This document shows positions 36,445-46,690 of a DNA stretch of 64,000 nt, piece by piece; position 1 is the first letter of the stretch, and every line of letters starts with the position of its first letter. Both the position numbers and the translations under genes were made by a program. The stretch comes from Chloroflexota bacterium (lineage in GTDB: Bacteria > Chloroflexota > Dehalococcoidia > UBA2247 > RBG-13-53-26): positions 959-64,958 of the forward strand of contig VGOM01000010.1 in assembly GCA_016875915.1 (NCBI GenBank), given 5' to 3'. The notes beneath the pieces were generated by a model. That model worked only from the letters and a program-made list of their open reading frames with translations. It was not told the origin of the DNA and ran no database searches.

Positions 36445-37305
36445 ATGGGACCATCCGTTTCTGAAGTCAGGGGACTGCTGAACCAGTACGACCTGAAGGC
36501 CAGGAAGAGCCTGGGCCAGCACTTCCTGGTGGACAAGGGGGCGCTGCACCGCGTTGTAGCCGCAGCGGAGCTGACTGTTGAGGATGTGGTGGTGGAGATC
36601 GGTCCGGGTCTGGGCGTGTTGACCCGGGAGCTGGCCAGGGTGGCGCGCCGGGTGGTGGCAGTGGAGGCGGACGAGGGGCTGGCCCTTGCCCTGGGGGAAG
36701 TGCTGGCCGAGTCCAGGAATGTGAGCATCGTCAATGCCGATGCTCTTCAGGTTGACCCCGGCGCGCTGGTAGCCGGCCAGGGGGAGGAGGATGCCCCACC
36801 CAGCTACAAGGTGGTGGCCAACATCCCCTACTACATCACCTCGCCCATCCTGCGGCACTTCCTGGAAGCGGGGCACAGGCCCTCCCTGATGGTGGTCATG
36901 GTCCAGAAGGAGGTGGGGGAGGCTATCGTGGCCCGTCCGGGGGACATGAGCATTCTGTCTGTCAGCGTGCAGTTCTATGGCAGGCCGGCCATCGCCGGGC
37001 GGGTGCCGGCGAGGAGCTTCTACCCGGCGCCGAAGGTGGAGTCCGTCATCCTTCGCATCGATGTCTATGTCCAGCCCCCGGTGGACGTCCCGGGAGTCGA
37101 GGCTTTCTTCAGGGTGGTCCGGGCGGGCTTCAGCGCCCCGCGGAAGCAGCTGCGCAACTCGCTGGCGCAGGGACTGGGCATTCCCGCCGAGGAGTCCGCC
37201 GCCGCGCTGGTGAGGGCCGGGATCGACCCCAGAAGGCGGGCCGAGACCCTGGATCTCCAGGAATGGGCCCGACTATGCCAGGAGAGGGCCACGGATGGGC
37301 AGTAG
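36445..37305 (+). CDS. rsmA: 16S rRNA m6,2A1518/1519 dimethyltransferase
   Basis: KSLGQHFL, VEIGPGLG.LT, VVANIPYYITSP, MVQKEV, F.P.PKVES, RRAETL. Confidence 0.96.
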   Translation: MGPSVSEVRGLLNQYDLKARKSLGQHFLVDKGALHRVVAAAELTVEDVVVEIGPGLGVLTRELARVARRVVAVEADEGLALALGEVLAESRNVSIVNADALQVDPGALVAGQGEEDAPPSYKVVANIPYYITSPILRHFLEAGHRPSLMVVMVQKEVGEAIVARPGDMSILSVSVQFYGRPAIAGRVPARSFYPAPKVESVILRIDVYVQPPVDVPGVEAFFRVVRAGFSAPRKQLRNSLAQGLGIPAEESAAALVRAGIDPRRRAETLDLQEWARLCQERATDGQ

Positions 37306-38158
37306 GACCGAGCCGGAATCCCGCAAGGCCTTCGCCAAGGTCAACTTGACCTTCGAAGTGATCGGCAAGCGCGCCGACGGGTATCACGAGGTGGTCAGTG
37401 TGATGCAGGCCATCGACCTCTGCGATGTGCTCACCTTCGAGCCGAGGGAGTCGCTGTATCTGGCCTGTAGCATCCCCGAGCTTGTCTCGCCGAACAACCT
37501 GGTCTTCAGGGCGGCCAGGCTGATGCAGGATGCGGCGGGTCAGCACCGGGGCGTGGCCATCTCGCTGACCAAGGGGATTCCCCTGGCCGGGGGGCTGGGC
37601 GGGGGGAGCAGCGACGCGGCGGCGGTGCTGCGCAGCCTGAACGACCTGTGGCAGACCGGTCTCTCTGCCGAGAAGCTGAGCGGGTTGGGTGCGGGACTGG
37701 GCTCGGACGTGCCCTTCTTCTGCTCCGGAAGCACCACGGCCCTGGCTGAGGGCAGGGGCGAGAGGGTGACCGCCCTGCCGTCCCTGCGCCCGACGTGGGT
37801 GGTACTGGCGGTTCCCGATATCCGGATGGCGGACAAGACCGGGAGAATGTACGCCTGTCTCGATGCGTCGCGGTTCAGCGACGGACACCATGCCCGAAGG
37901 GTGGCCGGGCTGATCGAGCGCGGGGAAAGTGTCGTCTCGGAACTATGCTATAATGCCTTCGACAACGTGGCCTACTCGTTCTTTCCAGGCCTGGAGCGGT
38001 ACCGGCAGAGCCTTTTGGCCGCCGGAGCAGACGAGGTTCACGTGGCCGGTGCCGGACCGGTCCTGTTCACCATCACCGGGGACAGAGCCCGAGGCGTGGC
38101 CACTGTCGAGAAGCTGAGGAGTGAGAGGGTGGAGTCCTATCTTGTGAGGGCTCTCTGA
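37295..38158 (+). CDS. ispE: 4-diphosphocytidyl-2-C-methyl-D-erythritol kinase
   Basis: AKVNL..EV...R.DGYHE, K.IP.AGGLGGGSSDAA, LGSDVPFF. Confidence 0.94.
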   Translation: MGSRTEPESRKAFAKVNLTFEVIGKRADGYHEVVSVMQAIDLCDVLTFEPRESLYLACSIPELVSPNNLVFRAARLMQDAAGQHRGVAISLTKGIPLAGGLGGGSSDAAAVLRSLNDLWQTGLSAEKLSGLGAGLGSDVPFFCSGSTTALAEGRGERVTALPSLRPTWVVLAVPDIRMADKTGRMYACLDASRFSDGHHARRVAGLIERGESVVSELCYNAFDNVAYSFFPGLERYRQSLLAAGADEVHVAGAGPVLFTITGDRARGVATVEKLRSERVESYLVRAL

Positions 38159-38160
38159 CT

Positions 38161-38814
38161 ATGAGGACCGACGAGTTCATCGCCGACATTCAGGAGGCCA
38201 TCCCCCGGATCACGCCCCGGAGGGTCGGTGCCCTGCTGACCCTGATGGCCATCTCGGCGGCCTGCCTGGCCCTGATGATCGTGCTCCTGCATGTCATCCC
38301 CAGGGTGCAGCTGGAAGGGCTGATGAAGTATGACTACCTGGGGGTCTTCGCATCCAACCTCCTGCCCTCTCTGAGCGTCATAGTGCCGGCCCACCTCTTC
38401 ATCCCGGGACAGGCGGTGAATGTGATGGTGGCCTCCACCGGGGCATCGCTGATCTGGGTAGCGGTGATCGCCGCGCTGGGGGCCACGCTGGGGGAGGTGA
38501 CCAGCTACTACGTGGGCTACGGCGGGCTGCGTCTGTTCAAGCTGGAGCGTTTCGGGCGGTACCGCACGGCAGAGAAGTGGATGAAGCGGCGCGGCTGGCT
38601 GGCTGTGGTCGTCCTGGCTTTTCTGCCCCTGTTCATCTTCGATTTCGTGGGGATCGCCGCCGGAGCGCTGCGGCTGTCGCTGCCCAAATTCCTCCTCTTC
38701 ACCTACCTGGGCCGGCTGCCCCGGGCGATCATCGAGGTCTACTTCTATACCTGGATCTTCCACAATATCCTCTCTCAGTTGCCCCACTGGGTGAGCTCGC
38801 CCTTCTCCGGCTAG
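38161..38814 (+). CDS. DedA/VTT (SNARE-associated) membrane protein
   Basis: GATLGE.TSYYVG and FD.VGIAAG.LR....F......GR..R motifs. Confidence 0.85.
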   Translation: MRTDEFIADIQEAIPRITPRRVGALLTLMAISAACLALMIVLLHVIPRVQLEGLMKYDYLGVFASNLLPSLSVIVPAHLFIPGQAVNVMVASTGASLIWVAVIAALGATLGEVTSYYVGYGGLRLFKLERFGRYRTAEKWMKRRGWLAVVVLAFLPLFIFDFVGIAAGALRLSLPKFLLFTYLGRLPRAIIEVYFYTWIFHNILSQLPHWVSSPFSG

Positions 38815-38846
38815 GCCTGCGCTGCCCCGCCCCTCCCCAGCCAGCC

Positions 38847-38873
38847 CTGGATTCCCGCATTCGCGGGAATGAC
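38847..38873. repeat. REP/dRS3-like palindrome
   Basis: CTGG-ATTCCC-GCATTCGC-GGGAAT-GAC (ATTCCC-N8-GGGAAT). Confidence 0.6.
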
Positions 38874-39092
38874 ATGGGGGAATGGATGCCTCATCCCGCC
38901 AGAGGCGGGCGGCATGATCCTTCCCTGAGGGGAAGGACCTGCGGCGTCCCCTCCCGTTGACAGCGGGGGCGTGCGGCATGAGACAGGAAGAGGGAGAAGC
39001 GGGCTGCGGGTACGCAGAGAAACAGTGCGCGAATCTGAGAATGCGGAAAGGTATTGCCTTCCTCAGCCGGGAAGTGGGATACTCAGTAGCCC

Positions 39093-41900
39093 GTGGAGAA
39101 CCAGATCCTCATCTCGCTTGATCTAGAGACCACCGGCCTTGACTCCGAGAAGGACCGCATCATGGAGATCGGTGCGGTCAAGTTCCAGGGCCGGAAGGTG
39201 CTGGAGACATTCCAAACCCTGGTCGATCCCGGCTGCCCGCTATCGTACCGGATACGGCTGCTGACCGGCATCACCCCGGAGGAACTGCTGGCGGCCCCGG
39301 CCTTCTCCGAGGTGGCCGAGGGACTGCGGGCCTTCGTTGGCGGATACCCCATTCTGGGCCAGAACATCGGCTTCGACCTTGATTTCCTCCGCGGCCAGGG
39401 GCTGAGCTTCACCAATCCGGTCTACGACACCCAGGAGATCACCAACGTCCTGCTGCCCCATCTGCAGGACTACAGCCTGGCCATGCTGGCCCGGGAGCTG
39501 CGCATCCCCAATCCCATTCAGCACCGCGCCCTGGCCGACGCCCTCATGGTGAAGGAGGTGTTCCTCTCACTGATGGACCGGGCCGCGGAGCTGGATCTGC
39601 CCCTGGTGGTGGAGATCAACCGTCTGTCCGCGGCCAGCAGCTGGCCCTGGCGGACCATGTTTCTGGACCTGGAGAGGAGCAAGGTGGGCGAGGCCTCCCT
39701 CTGGGACCGGGAGGCCTGGGACCTGAGCGCCAGGCGGCTGGCCCTGGAGTTGCCGCCGGCGGAGCCCCTGGTGCCGGTGAAGAGCCCCAGGCCGCTGGAC
39801 ATCGAAGGCCTGACGGCCTTTCTGAGCGAGAACGGCCTGCTGGCGGAGTCCTTCCCCGGCTTCGAGTACCGGCTGGGTCAGGTGGCCATGATGAGGGAGG
39901 TGGCCGGGGCGCTGAACAGCAGGCGGCACGCCATCATCGAAGCCGGGACCGGCATCGGGAAGTCCATCGCCTATCTGCTGCCAGCGATGGTCTTCGCCGT
40001 CGGGAACGGCAGGCCAGTGGTGGTCTCCACCAATACCATCAACCTCCAGGAGCAGTTGACCGGCAAGGATATTCCCGACCTGCTCGCAGTGCTCCGCGAG
40101 GCGGGCACCTCCTTCCTGGAAGGCGAGCCGCGCATCGCCCAACTGAAGGGACGGAGCAACTACCTCTGCCTGCGGCGGTGGGATGCCTGGCGGAAGACCC
40201 CGGGACTGCCCTGGGAGGAGGCCAGATTCCTCCTCCGTCTGCTGCTCTGGGTCTATTCCACCACCAGCGGAGACCGGGCCGAGCTGAGCATCACCGGCGG
40301 CGACGCCGCTCTGTGGAGCAGGGTCTGCGCCTCGGAGGAGAACTGCGTGGTGAACCGCTGCCCCCACTACACCGATGGCTGCTTCCTCTATCGGGCCAGG
40401 GAACACGCGGAGGGGGCCCATCTCGTTGTGGTGAACCATGCCCTGCTGCTGTCAGATCTGGTCCGGGGCGGGATACTGCCTGAATACGGCTGCCTGGTAG
40501 TCGATGAAGGCCATCACCTGGAGGACGAGGCCACCGAACAACTGGGCTTCAAGGTGGCCGACCAGGACCTGCGGGCCTGTCTGGACCGCCTGGGAGACAG
40601 AGGGGGCTTCCTGTTCTATCTGCGCAACTACCTGCGCACTGCCACGACCGGCGCCCCGAAGAAGGCGGAGATCAGACAGAAGAGCGACGGCCTGGTGGCG
40701 GGAACGAAGCGGGCCCGCAATGCGGTGAATGATCTGCTGGATGCCCTGACCCGATTCCTGGGCCTGGAGCTTGGCGATGATCAGCGCGGCTACGAGCAGC
40801 GGCTGAGGCTGACCGGCGCCCTGCGCCGCCAGCCGGGATGGGCCGAGGTGGAACGTTCCTGGGAAGACCTCGACCTGGAGATGGACAGCCTGGAGAGCGG
40901 CTTGAGCGAACTGTGCAACCTGATGGAGGACCTGCCCGACAGAAGGAATCCGGACCTGAACAGCTCGCTGGGTGAGTCGTCATATCTGCTGCAGCAGGTC
41001 CGGGGCATAAGAAGCGAGATGGGTGCCGTCATCGTCAATGCCCTGCCGCACTACGTCTACTGGGCCTCGCTGAGGCCTGAGGGCGCCGTGTGCCTCCACG
41101 CCGCTCCGGTGCACGTGGGCAGCCTTCTGGGTGAACCTCTCTTCCAGCGGAAGGACACCGTAGTGCTGACCAGCGCCACCTTGAGCACGGACGGCACCTT
41201 CGACTACGTCAGGAACTGCCTGGGGCTGGAAGAGGCGGCGGAGCTGATTGTGGAGCCCCCGTTCGACTATGTGAAGTCGACCATGATCTACCTGCCCCAG
41301 GACATCCCCGAGCCGGACAGAGCCGGCTATCAGCACGGCGTGGCTGAGGCCCTGGTGGGACTGTGCCGGGCAACGCGGGGCCGGACCCTGGCCCTGTTCA
41401 CCTCCCATGCCGGGCTGCGCACAGCCTACAAGTCCGTCGAGCCAGCCCTGGACGAGGAGGGCATCCTGGTCCTGGGCCAGGGACTCGACGGCAGTCCCAG
41501 GAAGCTGCTGGCCAGATTCAAGGACAATCCCGAGTCACTGCTCATGGGAGCGGCGGCCTTCTGGGAGGGCGTGGATGTTGTCGGTCCGGGGTTGAGCGTG
41601 CTGGTCATCGCCCGGCTGCCCTTCGGCGTGCCCAACGATCCGGTCTTCTCGGCCCGGGCGGAGTTGTTCGACGATCCCTTCAATGAGTACATGGTGCCCC
41701 AGGCGATACTGAAGTTCAAGCAGGGCTTCGGACGGCTGATCCGCAGCCGCAACGACCGCGGGGCGGTGATTGTCCTCGACCGCCGGCTGCAATCGAAGTC
41801 CTACGGCCGGGCCTTCCTGCAGTCGCTGCCCAGGTGCACCGTGCGCGCCGGCGCCCTGAAGGACATGCCCCGGGAGGTGATCCGGTGGCTGGGGGAGTAG
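39093..41900 (+). CDS. dinG: DnaQ-exonuclease/DinG family helicase
   Basis: DLETTG...HRALADA exonuclease; EAGTGIGKS, LKGRSNYLC, VDEGHHL, TSATL, FWEGVD, QGFGRLIR. Confidence 0.93.
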   Translation: MENQILISLDLETTGLDSEKDRIMEIGAVKFQGRKVLETFQTLVDPGCPLSYRIRLLTGITPEELLAAPAFSEVAEGLRAFVGGYPILGQNIGFDLDFLRGQGLSFTNPVYDTQEITNVLLPHLQDYSLAMLARELRIPNPIQHRALADALMVKEVFLSLMDRAAELDLPLVVEINRLSAASSWPWRTMFLDLERSKVGEASLWDREAWDLSARRLALELPPAEPLVPVKSPRPLDIEGLTAFLSENGLLAESFPGFEYRLGQVAMMREVAGALNSRRHAIIEAGTGIGKSIAYLLPAMVFAVGNGRPVVVSTNTINLQEQLTGKDIPDLLAVLREAGTSFLEGEPRIAQLKGRSNYLCLRRWDAWRKTPGLPWEEARFLLRLLLWVYSTTSGDRAELSITGGDAALWSRVCASEENCVVNRCPHYTDGCFLYRAREHAEGAHLVVVNHALLLSDLVRGGILPEYGCLVVDEGHHLEDEATEQLGFKVADQDLRACLDRLGDRGGFLFYLRNYLRTATTGAPKKAEIRQKSDGLVAGTKRARNAVNDLLDALTRFLGLELGDDQRGYEQRLRLTGALRRQPGWAEVERSWEDLDLEMDSLESGLSELCNLMEDLPDRRNPDLNSSLGESSYLLQQVRGIRSEMGAVIVNALPHYVYWASLRPEGAVCLHAAPVHVGSLLGEPLFQRKDTVVLTSATLSTDGTFDYVRNCLGLEEAAELIVEPPFDYVKSTMIYLPQDIPEPDRAGYQHGVAEALVGLCRATRGRTLALFTSHAGLRTAYKSVEPALDEEGILVLGQGLDGSPRKLLARFKDNPESLLMGAAAFWEGVDVVGPGLSVLVIARLPFGVPNDPVFSARAELFDDPFNEYMVPQAILKFKQGFGRLIRSRNDRGAVIVLDRRLQSKSYGRAFLQSLPRCTVRAGALKDMPREVIRWLGE

Positions 41901-41930
41901 TGCCTCTGCCTCTTCCCGGCGGTGAGGGCA

Positions 41931-43175
41931 CTACTGGTTCCCGGTGAGTCTGGCGCGCAGGAAGGCAGCCTCGTCCTCCCTGGTCTTCACCCGGCCGTCC
42001 AGCTTGGCCTCATGCAGGGCCCCGAGCATCTCGCCCAGTTGCGGCCCGGGCGACAGGCCCATCTGCTGCAGGGCTTCGCCGTTCAGGGAGGTCTTCACGT
42101 AGCGCAACCTGTTCAGGTACAGCTCCAGCCGCTCCCGGACGGCGGCGGAGTCCGCAGCGACGGCGGCAGCCAGGACTGAGGCTGGCGAACGGCCCCGGAG
42201 AAGACGGTGGATGACGCTGGGGAGGAGGCCGGGAGACTCCAGTGAGGGCAGGTCCGCCTTCAGCCGGCAGGCGTCTCGCATCACCGCCGCCGCTCTGCCC
42301 GGAATGCGCAGCCGGGCGATGATGTCTTCCGTCTCATCGGCGCCCAGCCGATAGGTCAGCAGAGCCAGGTACAGCGGCAGGGACGGCGGGGAGGCTGACC
42401 GGGCCAGCCGGTACCTGTCCCTCAGCCATCCATCGGCCTTGAGAGAGGGGTGGACCCTCTCCAGCAGTCCCAGTGCCTGGGCCCTTTCCAGGACGTCTTC
42501 AGGCCGGTCCTCCTTGAGGATCAGCTCCAGCTCGTGTCGCAGCCTGTCGCCCGATATGGTGGCCAGCATGGGGAGATCACGGCGGAGGAGGGCTTCGGTG
42601 GACTCCTCCAGGCGGAAGCTGAAGCGCTGCTCGTAGCGGACCGCCCTGAGCATGCGGGTGGCGTCGTCGACAAAGCTCCGGTCGTGCAGAACGCTGATCA
42701 GCCCCCGGCGGAGGTCGGCCTCACCGGAGAAGGGGTCTACCAGCGCCCCGAACCGTCCAGGGCTGAGGTCCATGGCCATGGCGTTGATGGTGAAGTCGCG
42801 CCGCCGCAGATCATCGGTGATCGAGCCGGGACTGACCGTGGGCAGGGCGCCGGGACGGGAGTAGGTCTCGGACCGGGCAGTGGTTAGGTCGATGCTGCCG
42901 TGATCGTGTTTGACCTTGGCGGTGCCGAAGCGCTGGTGCACCAGGACTCTGCCGCTGATCCCCTGTGCCAGCGCCCTGGACAACTCCGGCGCATCGCCCT
43001 CCACCACCAGGTCGAGGTCGAAGTTGTCGCGTCCCAGGAGGATATCCCGCACTGCCCCGCCAACCAAGTACAAGCCGCAGCGCCGTTCCGCGGCCAGCGC
43101 GCCGGCGGTGCGGATCAGCTGCAGCGACCCGCGGGGCAGTTGACGCTCGAGTTGAAGGGAGAGATTCTTCTGCAT
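41931..43175 (-). CDS. cca: CCA-adding tRNA nucleotidyltransferase
   Basis: YLVGGAVRD.LL...DLD, FGT, TARSE.Y..PGALP.V, DL.RRDFTINAMA, SF.DD.TR. Confidence 0.9.
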   Translation of the reverse strand: MQKNLSLQLERQLPRGSLQLIRTAGALAAERRCGLYLVGGAVRDILLGRDNFDLDLVVEGDAPELSRALAQGISGRVLVHQRFGTAKVKHDHGSIDLTTARSETYSRPGALPTVSPGSITDDLRRRDFTINAMAMDLSPGRFGALVDPFSGEADLRRGLISVLHDRSFVDDATRMLRAVRYEQRFSFRLEESTEALLRRDLPMLATISGDRLRHELELILKEDRPEDVLERAQALGLLERVHPSLKADGWLRDRYRLARSASPPSLPLYLALLTYRLGADETEDIIARLRIPGRAAAVMRDACRLKADLPSLESPGLLPSVIHRLLRGRSPASVLAAAVAADSAAVRERLELYLNRLRYVKTSLNGEALQQMGLSPGPQLGEMLGALHEAKLDGRVKTREDEAAFLRARLTGNQ

Positions 43176-43214
43176 GGTCAATTCATGACCTCGCTCCGGC
43201 AAGCCTCAGTCCGC

Positions 43215-43706
43215 TCACGGGGCACGACCGTCGTCACCCCGGCAGACCTTCTCCAGGGCCTTCTTCATCCTCTGCCAGTGCGTCCCCTGCCAGTAGATCC
43301 TGAGGCATGAGGGGCACTGCATGTACTGGTCCTGGGTGCGGAAGACGTAGGGGGGCACGATGTCTGCCACCTCATCCCTACTCCTGGGTGCTAGGCTCTG
43401 GTTGCACTCCAGACAGCGGGTGAACTGCCTGGAGCAGCAATCGAGCTGCAGTTCACAGATCACCTGGCGAAGCTGCTCTTCGGGATCGTCGCTGCTGGTC
43501 AGGATGACCTTCAGCTGACCGTTGGCCACGGGACGCCTTCGGGCGATCTGGGAATCCCGGGTGAGCACCACGCGGCCTTCGCGGAGGGCGATGTCCACCA
43601 GATGGCCATCTTCGATGTCGCTGAAGAACAGGGTATCGTAGCCCATCATCCTCAGCCATCTGGCCAACTTGCCGGCGTTGGCGTCGACGATGAAGGTGGT
43701 CTCCAA
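43215..43706 (-). CDS. Mut7-C RNase (PIN) domain protein
   Basis: FIVD...GKLARWLR..GYDT, E.R.VLTRD, RC..CN, C..C..IYW.G.H; TTG start inferred. Confidence 0.88.
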   Translation of the reverse strand: METTFIVDANAGKLARWLRMMGYDTLFFSDIEDGHLVDIALREGRVVLTRDSQIARRRPVANGQLKVILTSSDDPEEQLRQVICELQLDCCSRQFTRCLECNQSLAPRSRDEVADIVPPYVFRTQDQYMQCPSCLRIYWQGTHWQRMKKALEKVCRGDDGRAP

Positions 43707-43714
43707 GTCAGTTC

Positions 43715-44482
43715 CTAGAGGAGGACTTCGGCGCCTTCTCTGCCCAGGGTGATGCTGGCCCCCAGGTCGCGGGACACCTCGGCGACCTCCGCTGCGATGT
43801 CGTTCTCCAGCAGGGGGTTGAGGTGAATCAGCACTGTGGGGGGCAGATACCCCTTCAGCCTGCGGAACTCCAGTAGCTCCGCCTTGAGCAGTTGCGGCGT
43901 GAGGTGGCCCGTTCTTCTGGCCCATTCCTCCATCTTCTGAGGCAGGGTCAGCTCGGTGATGAGCAGGTCGGGAGACACCTGCCCCCAGCATTCAGAGAGC
44001 CCCGCCCCGGTGTCGCTGGTATAGAAGAGACTCTTCCCCTGGGAAGAGGTGATCTGGAAACCCACGCTGGGCACGCTGTGCCTCACCGGGACGGCCAGGA
44101 TGCCGTACCCCGCAATGTGGAAGGGCTTGTTGGCCTCGATGGTCACCAGCCGTATCGCCGGCTGGCCCTCTGGCCATCTGCGGAAATCGGGGTACATCTC
44201 GTCATCCAGCAGGTGCGAGCAGAGCGTGTCCAGCGTGGCTGCCGTGGAGTAGATGCTGACTGATCCCATGTGGGCCAGATTCATGCCTATGAAGGGGATA
44301 TCCCTGACGTGGTCGTAGTGGTGGTGGGTGAGCAGGATGGCCTTCAGCTTCTGCTGATCCGCCAGGCTGAGGCTGGCGCAAAGGCTGCCGGCGTCCAGGG
44401 CCAGGACTTCATCGACCAGGATAGCCGCGGCCCTGGCGCTGTTCGCTTCTATGGCATGGGCACCCAGAATCCTGATCCGCAT
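43715..44482 (-). CDS. MBL-fold hydrolase, class II cyclic-nucleotide phosphodiesterase-like
   Basis: LALDAG, THHHYDH, H.VP.VG, YTSDT, GHLTP, IHL. Confidence 0.8.
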   Translation of the reverse strand: MRIRILGAHAIEANSARAAAILVDEVLALDAGSLCASLSLADQQKLKAILLTHHHYDHVRDIPFIGMNLAHMGSVSIYSTAATLDTLCSHLLDDEMYPDFRRWPEGQPAIRLVTIEANKPFHIAGYGILAVPVRHSVPSVGFQITSSQGKSLFYTSDTGAGLSECWGQVSPDLLITELTLPQKMEEWARRTGHLTPQLLKAELLEFRRLKGYLPPTVLIHLNPLLENDIAAEVAEVSRDLGASITLGREGAEVLL

Positions 44483-44531
44483 CAGTCCCCGTCAGGGGTT
44501 CAATCGTCTATTCGCTTGCCAAAGGGATCGA

Positions 44532-45518
44532 CTAGATCCAGCGGCGGCTGCGGAAGAAGAGCAACATGCCGATGATGACGACTACCATGATAGTGATGAT
44601 GATGATGAAGGAGACGAGGCTGCTCTCGCCGCCGAAGTTGGGCAGACCGACATTCATGCCGTAGATGCTGGCCACCAGGGTCAGGGGCATCATGATGGTG
44701 GCGATGACGGTGAGCACGCGCATGGTCTCGTTGGTGTGGTGCGAGGAGATGGAGTCGTTGGTGTCCTTCAGTCCCTCAATGATCTCCTTGCACTCATCCA
44801 GGGTATCCCAGAGCTTGTCAACGTGGTCCACCACGTCCCCCCAGAAGACCTCCATATCCTCGGCGGTGTAGCGTCCCGTGCGGTACTCCAGGCTGCTGAT
44901 GACCCCCTTCATGGACCAGATGATGCGGCGGTTGGAGATGACGTCGCGGCGGAGATTGGAGATCTCCCGGACCACGGCGCGACGTCCGCCGGGGTTGAAG
45001 ATCTCATCCTCGACCACCTCAAGGTTGTGCATGATCTTGTTGGTGATGGGCAGGCAGTAGTCCACCAGGATATCGGTGATCCGGTAGAGGAGATAGCCCG
45101 AGCTCTTCATGTTGGCCTGGCAGGCCTGCTCGCTGGTCTGGCAGTCGCGGAACAGCTTCACCAGCGGCTTCAGTCCGCCCTCGTGGAGGGTGATGAGGTA
45201 GCTCTTGCCGATGAAGATGGAGAGCTGGCTGGCCACGGTGACCTCCGCTTCCTTGCGGAACAGGGGGAAGTGGAAGACGATGAAGAGGTACTCGTCATAC
45301 TCGTCGATCTTGGGGCGCTGGATGCGGCTGAGGCAGTCGTCCAGGTCCAGGGGATGAAAGGGGAAGCTCCTGGCCAACTGATCTGTCTCCGCGCGGCCGG
45401 GTTTCTCGATGTTGATCCAGCGGAGATCGCCCCAGGTGAGCTCCTCTATGCGGAGGTCATCCGGGCCCTCCTGGCCTGCGGCAGCCGGCCCCTTCCGGGC
45501 GTGGCGGCCCACGCTCAA
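44532..45518 (-). CDS. corA: magnesium transporter CorA family
   Basis: FHPLDLDDC, QRPKID.Y, YGMN signature and two C-terminal TMs. Start uncertain (TTG 45518; ORF open to 45608). Confidence 0.92.
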   Translation of the reverse strand: MSVGRHARKGPAAAGQEGPDDLRIEELTWGDLRWINIEKPGRAETDQLARSFPFHPLDLDDCLSRIQRPKIDEYDEYLFIVFHFPLFRKEAEVTVASQLSIFIGKSYLITLHEGGLKPLVKLFRDCQTSEQACQANMKSSGYLLYRITDILVDYCLPITNKIMHNLEVVEDEIFNPGGRRAVVREISNLRRDVISNRRIIWSMKGVISSLEYRTGRYTAEDMEVFWGDVVDHVDKLWDTLDECKEIIEGLKDTNDSISSHHTNETMRVLTVIATIMMPLTLVASIYGMNVGLPNFGGESSLVSFIIIITIMVVVIIGMLLFFRSRRWI

Positions 45519-45697
45519 TGCGCCGACGTTCCTATACCATCTCACGGTCTCGATGTCCCGAAGCGAGGAATCTGCCTTCCTTATATCACAGTGTTGCACT
45601 GCAGGCAACCCTCGGTTTTGCGCGGTTTGCGGCGGCGATATTTGATTTGGAAAAAGCCTATGTGCTATCTTATTCAGCTAGCCGGAGGAAGGGGCAC

Positions 45698-46072
45698 TTG
45701 CTAGCAGATTACGGACTTCTAGCGCTGTTCATCATCGTCGCCATCCTCTTCGCCACCATGCTGCCCCTGGTGGCCCTGGCCCTCCGTCTCGCCGGCATAG
45801 GCGCCAAGAGGAAGCCCAATCCCCACAAGGACACCACCTACGAGTGCGGCGTGCAGCCCGTGGGTAAGGCGTGGGTCCAGTTCAATTTCCGCTACTACTT
45901 CTATGCCCTGGTCTTCGTCGTCCTCGACGTGCTGACCATCTTTCTCTATCCCTGGGCCACCGACGTGAAGGGCCTAGCCGAGTTCGGCTTGGCGGCGGTG
46001 GCGGTCTTTGTGGCTATCGTCTGCACGGCCTACGTGTATGCCTGGAGGAAGGGGCTTCTAGAGTGGAAATAG
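45698..46072 (+). CDS. nuoA: NADH-quinone oxidoreductase subunit A
   Basis: K..TYECG, F..RYY..ALVFVV.D, YPWA, YAWRKG.LEW. Confidence 0.93.
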   Translation: MLADYGLLALFIIVAILFATMLPLVALALRLAGIGAKRKPNPHKDTTYECGVQPVGKAWVQFNFRYYFYALVFVVLDVLTIFLYPWATDVKGLAEFGLAAVAVFVAIVCTAYVYAWRKGLLEWK

Positions 46073-46653
46073 GCAAGCCGGACCTCTCCCTGAGGGAATT
46101 CGACCTGGAGGAGGGCAGGCAGATCGAGGAGCTGATTGCCCGCTCCCAGCAGCCCATCAAGGACCCCGACGAGTGGCTGGACAGCGGACTGCGGCAGAAT
46201 GTGTTCATGACCTCCATCGCCAAGGTCCTGAACTGGGGCCGGCACTACTCGACCTGGCCCTTCGGCAGCGGACTGGCCTGCTGCGCCATGGAGATGGTGG
46301 CCACGGCCAGTTCGAGATTCGACATCACCCGGTTTGGCATGGATGTGTTCCGGGCCTCGCCTCGCCAGGCCGATCTGTTCATCGTGGCCGGGACCCTGAC
46401 CTGGAAGATGGCCCCGGCGGTGAGGAGGCTCTACGACCAGATGGCCGAGCCGAAGTGGGTCATCGCCATGGGGGCCTGCGCCATCAGCGGCGGCACCTTC
46501 GCCCACTCCTACAGCGTGGTGCCAGGCGTGAACCGGATCATCCCCGTGGACGTCTATGTCCCCGGCTGTCCGCCCCGCCCGGAAGCGCTGATCTACGGCG
46601 TGATGATGCTGCACAAGAAGATCGACAAGAGGAGATTCAGACAGCAGGACTAG
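46063..46653 (+). CDS. nuoB: NADH-quinone oxidoreductase subunit B
   Basis: [42 protein letters not shown]. Confidence 0.96.
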   Translation: MEIGKPDLSLREFDLEEGRQIEELIARSQQPIKDPDEWLDSGLRQNVFMTSIAKVLNWGRHYSTWPFGSGLACCAMEMVATASSRFDITRFGMDVFRASPRQADLFIVAGTLTWKMAPAVRRLYDQMAEPKWVIAMGACAISGGTFAHSYSVVPGVNRIIPVDVYVPGCPPRPEALIYGVMMLHKKIDKRRFRQQD

Positions 46654-46690
46654 CTGCGGCCTCCGCGCCCGGCTGGATGCACTACGGCAA

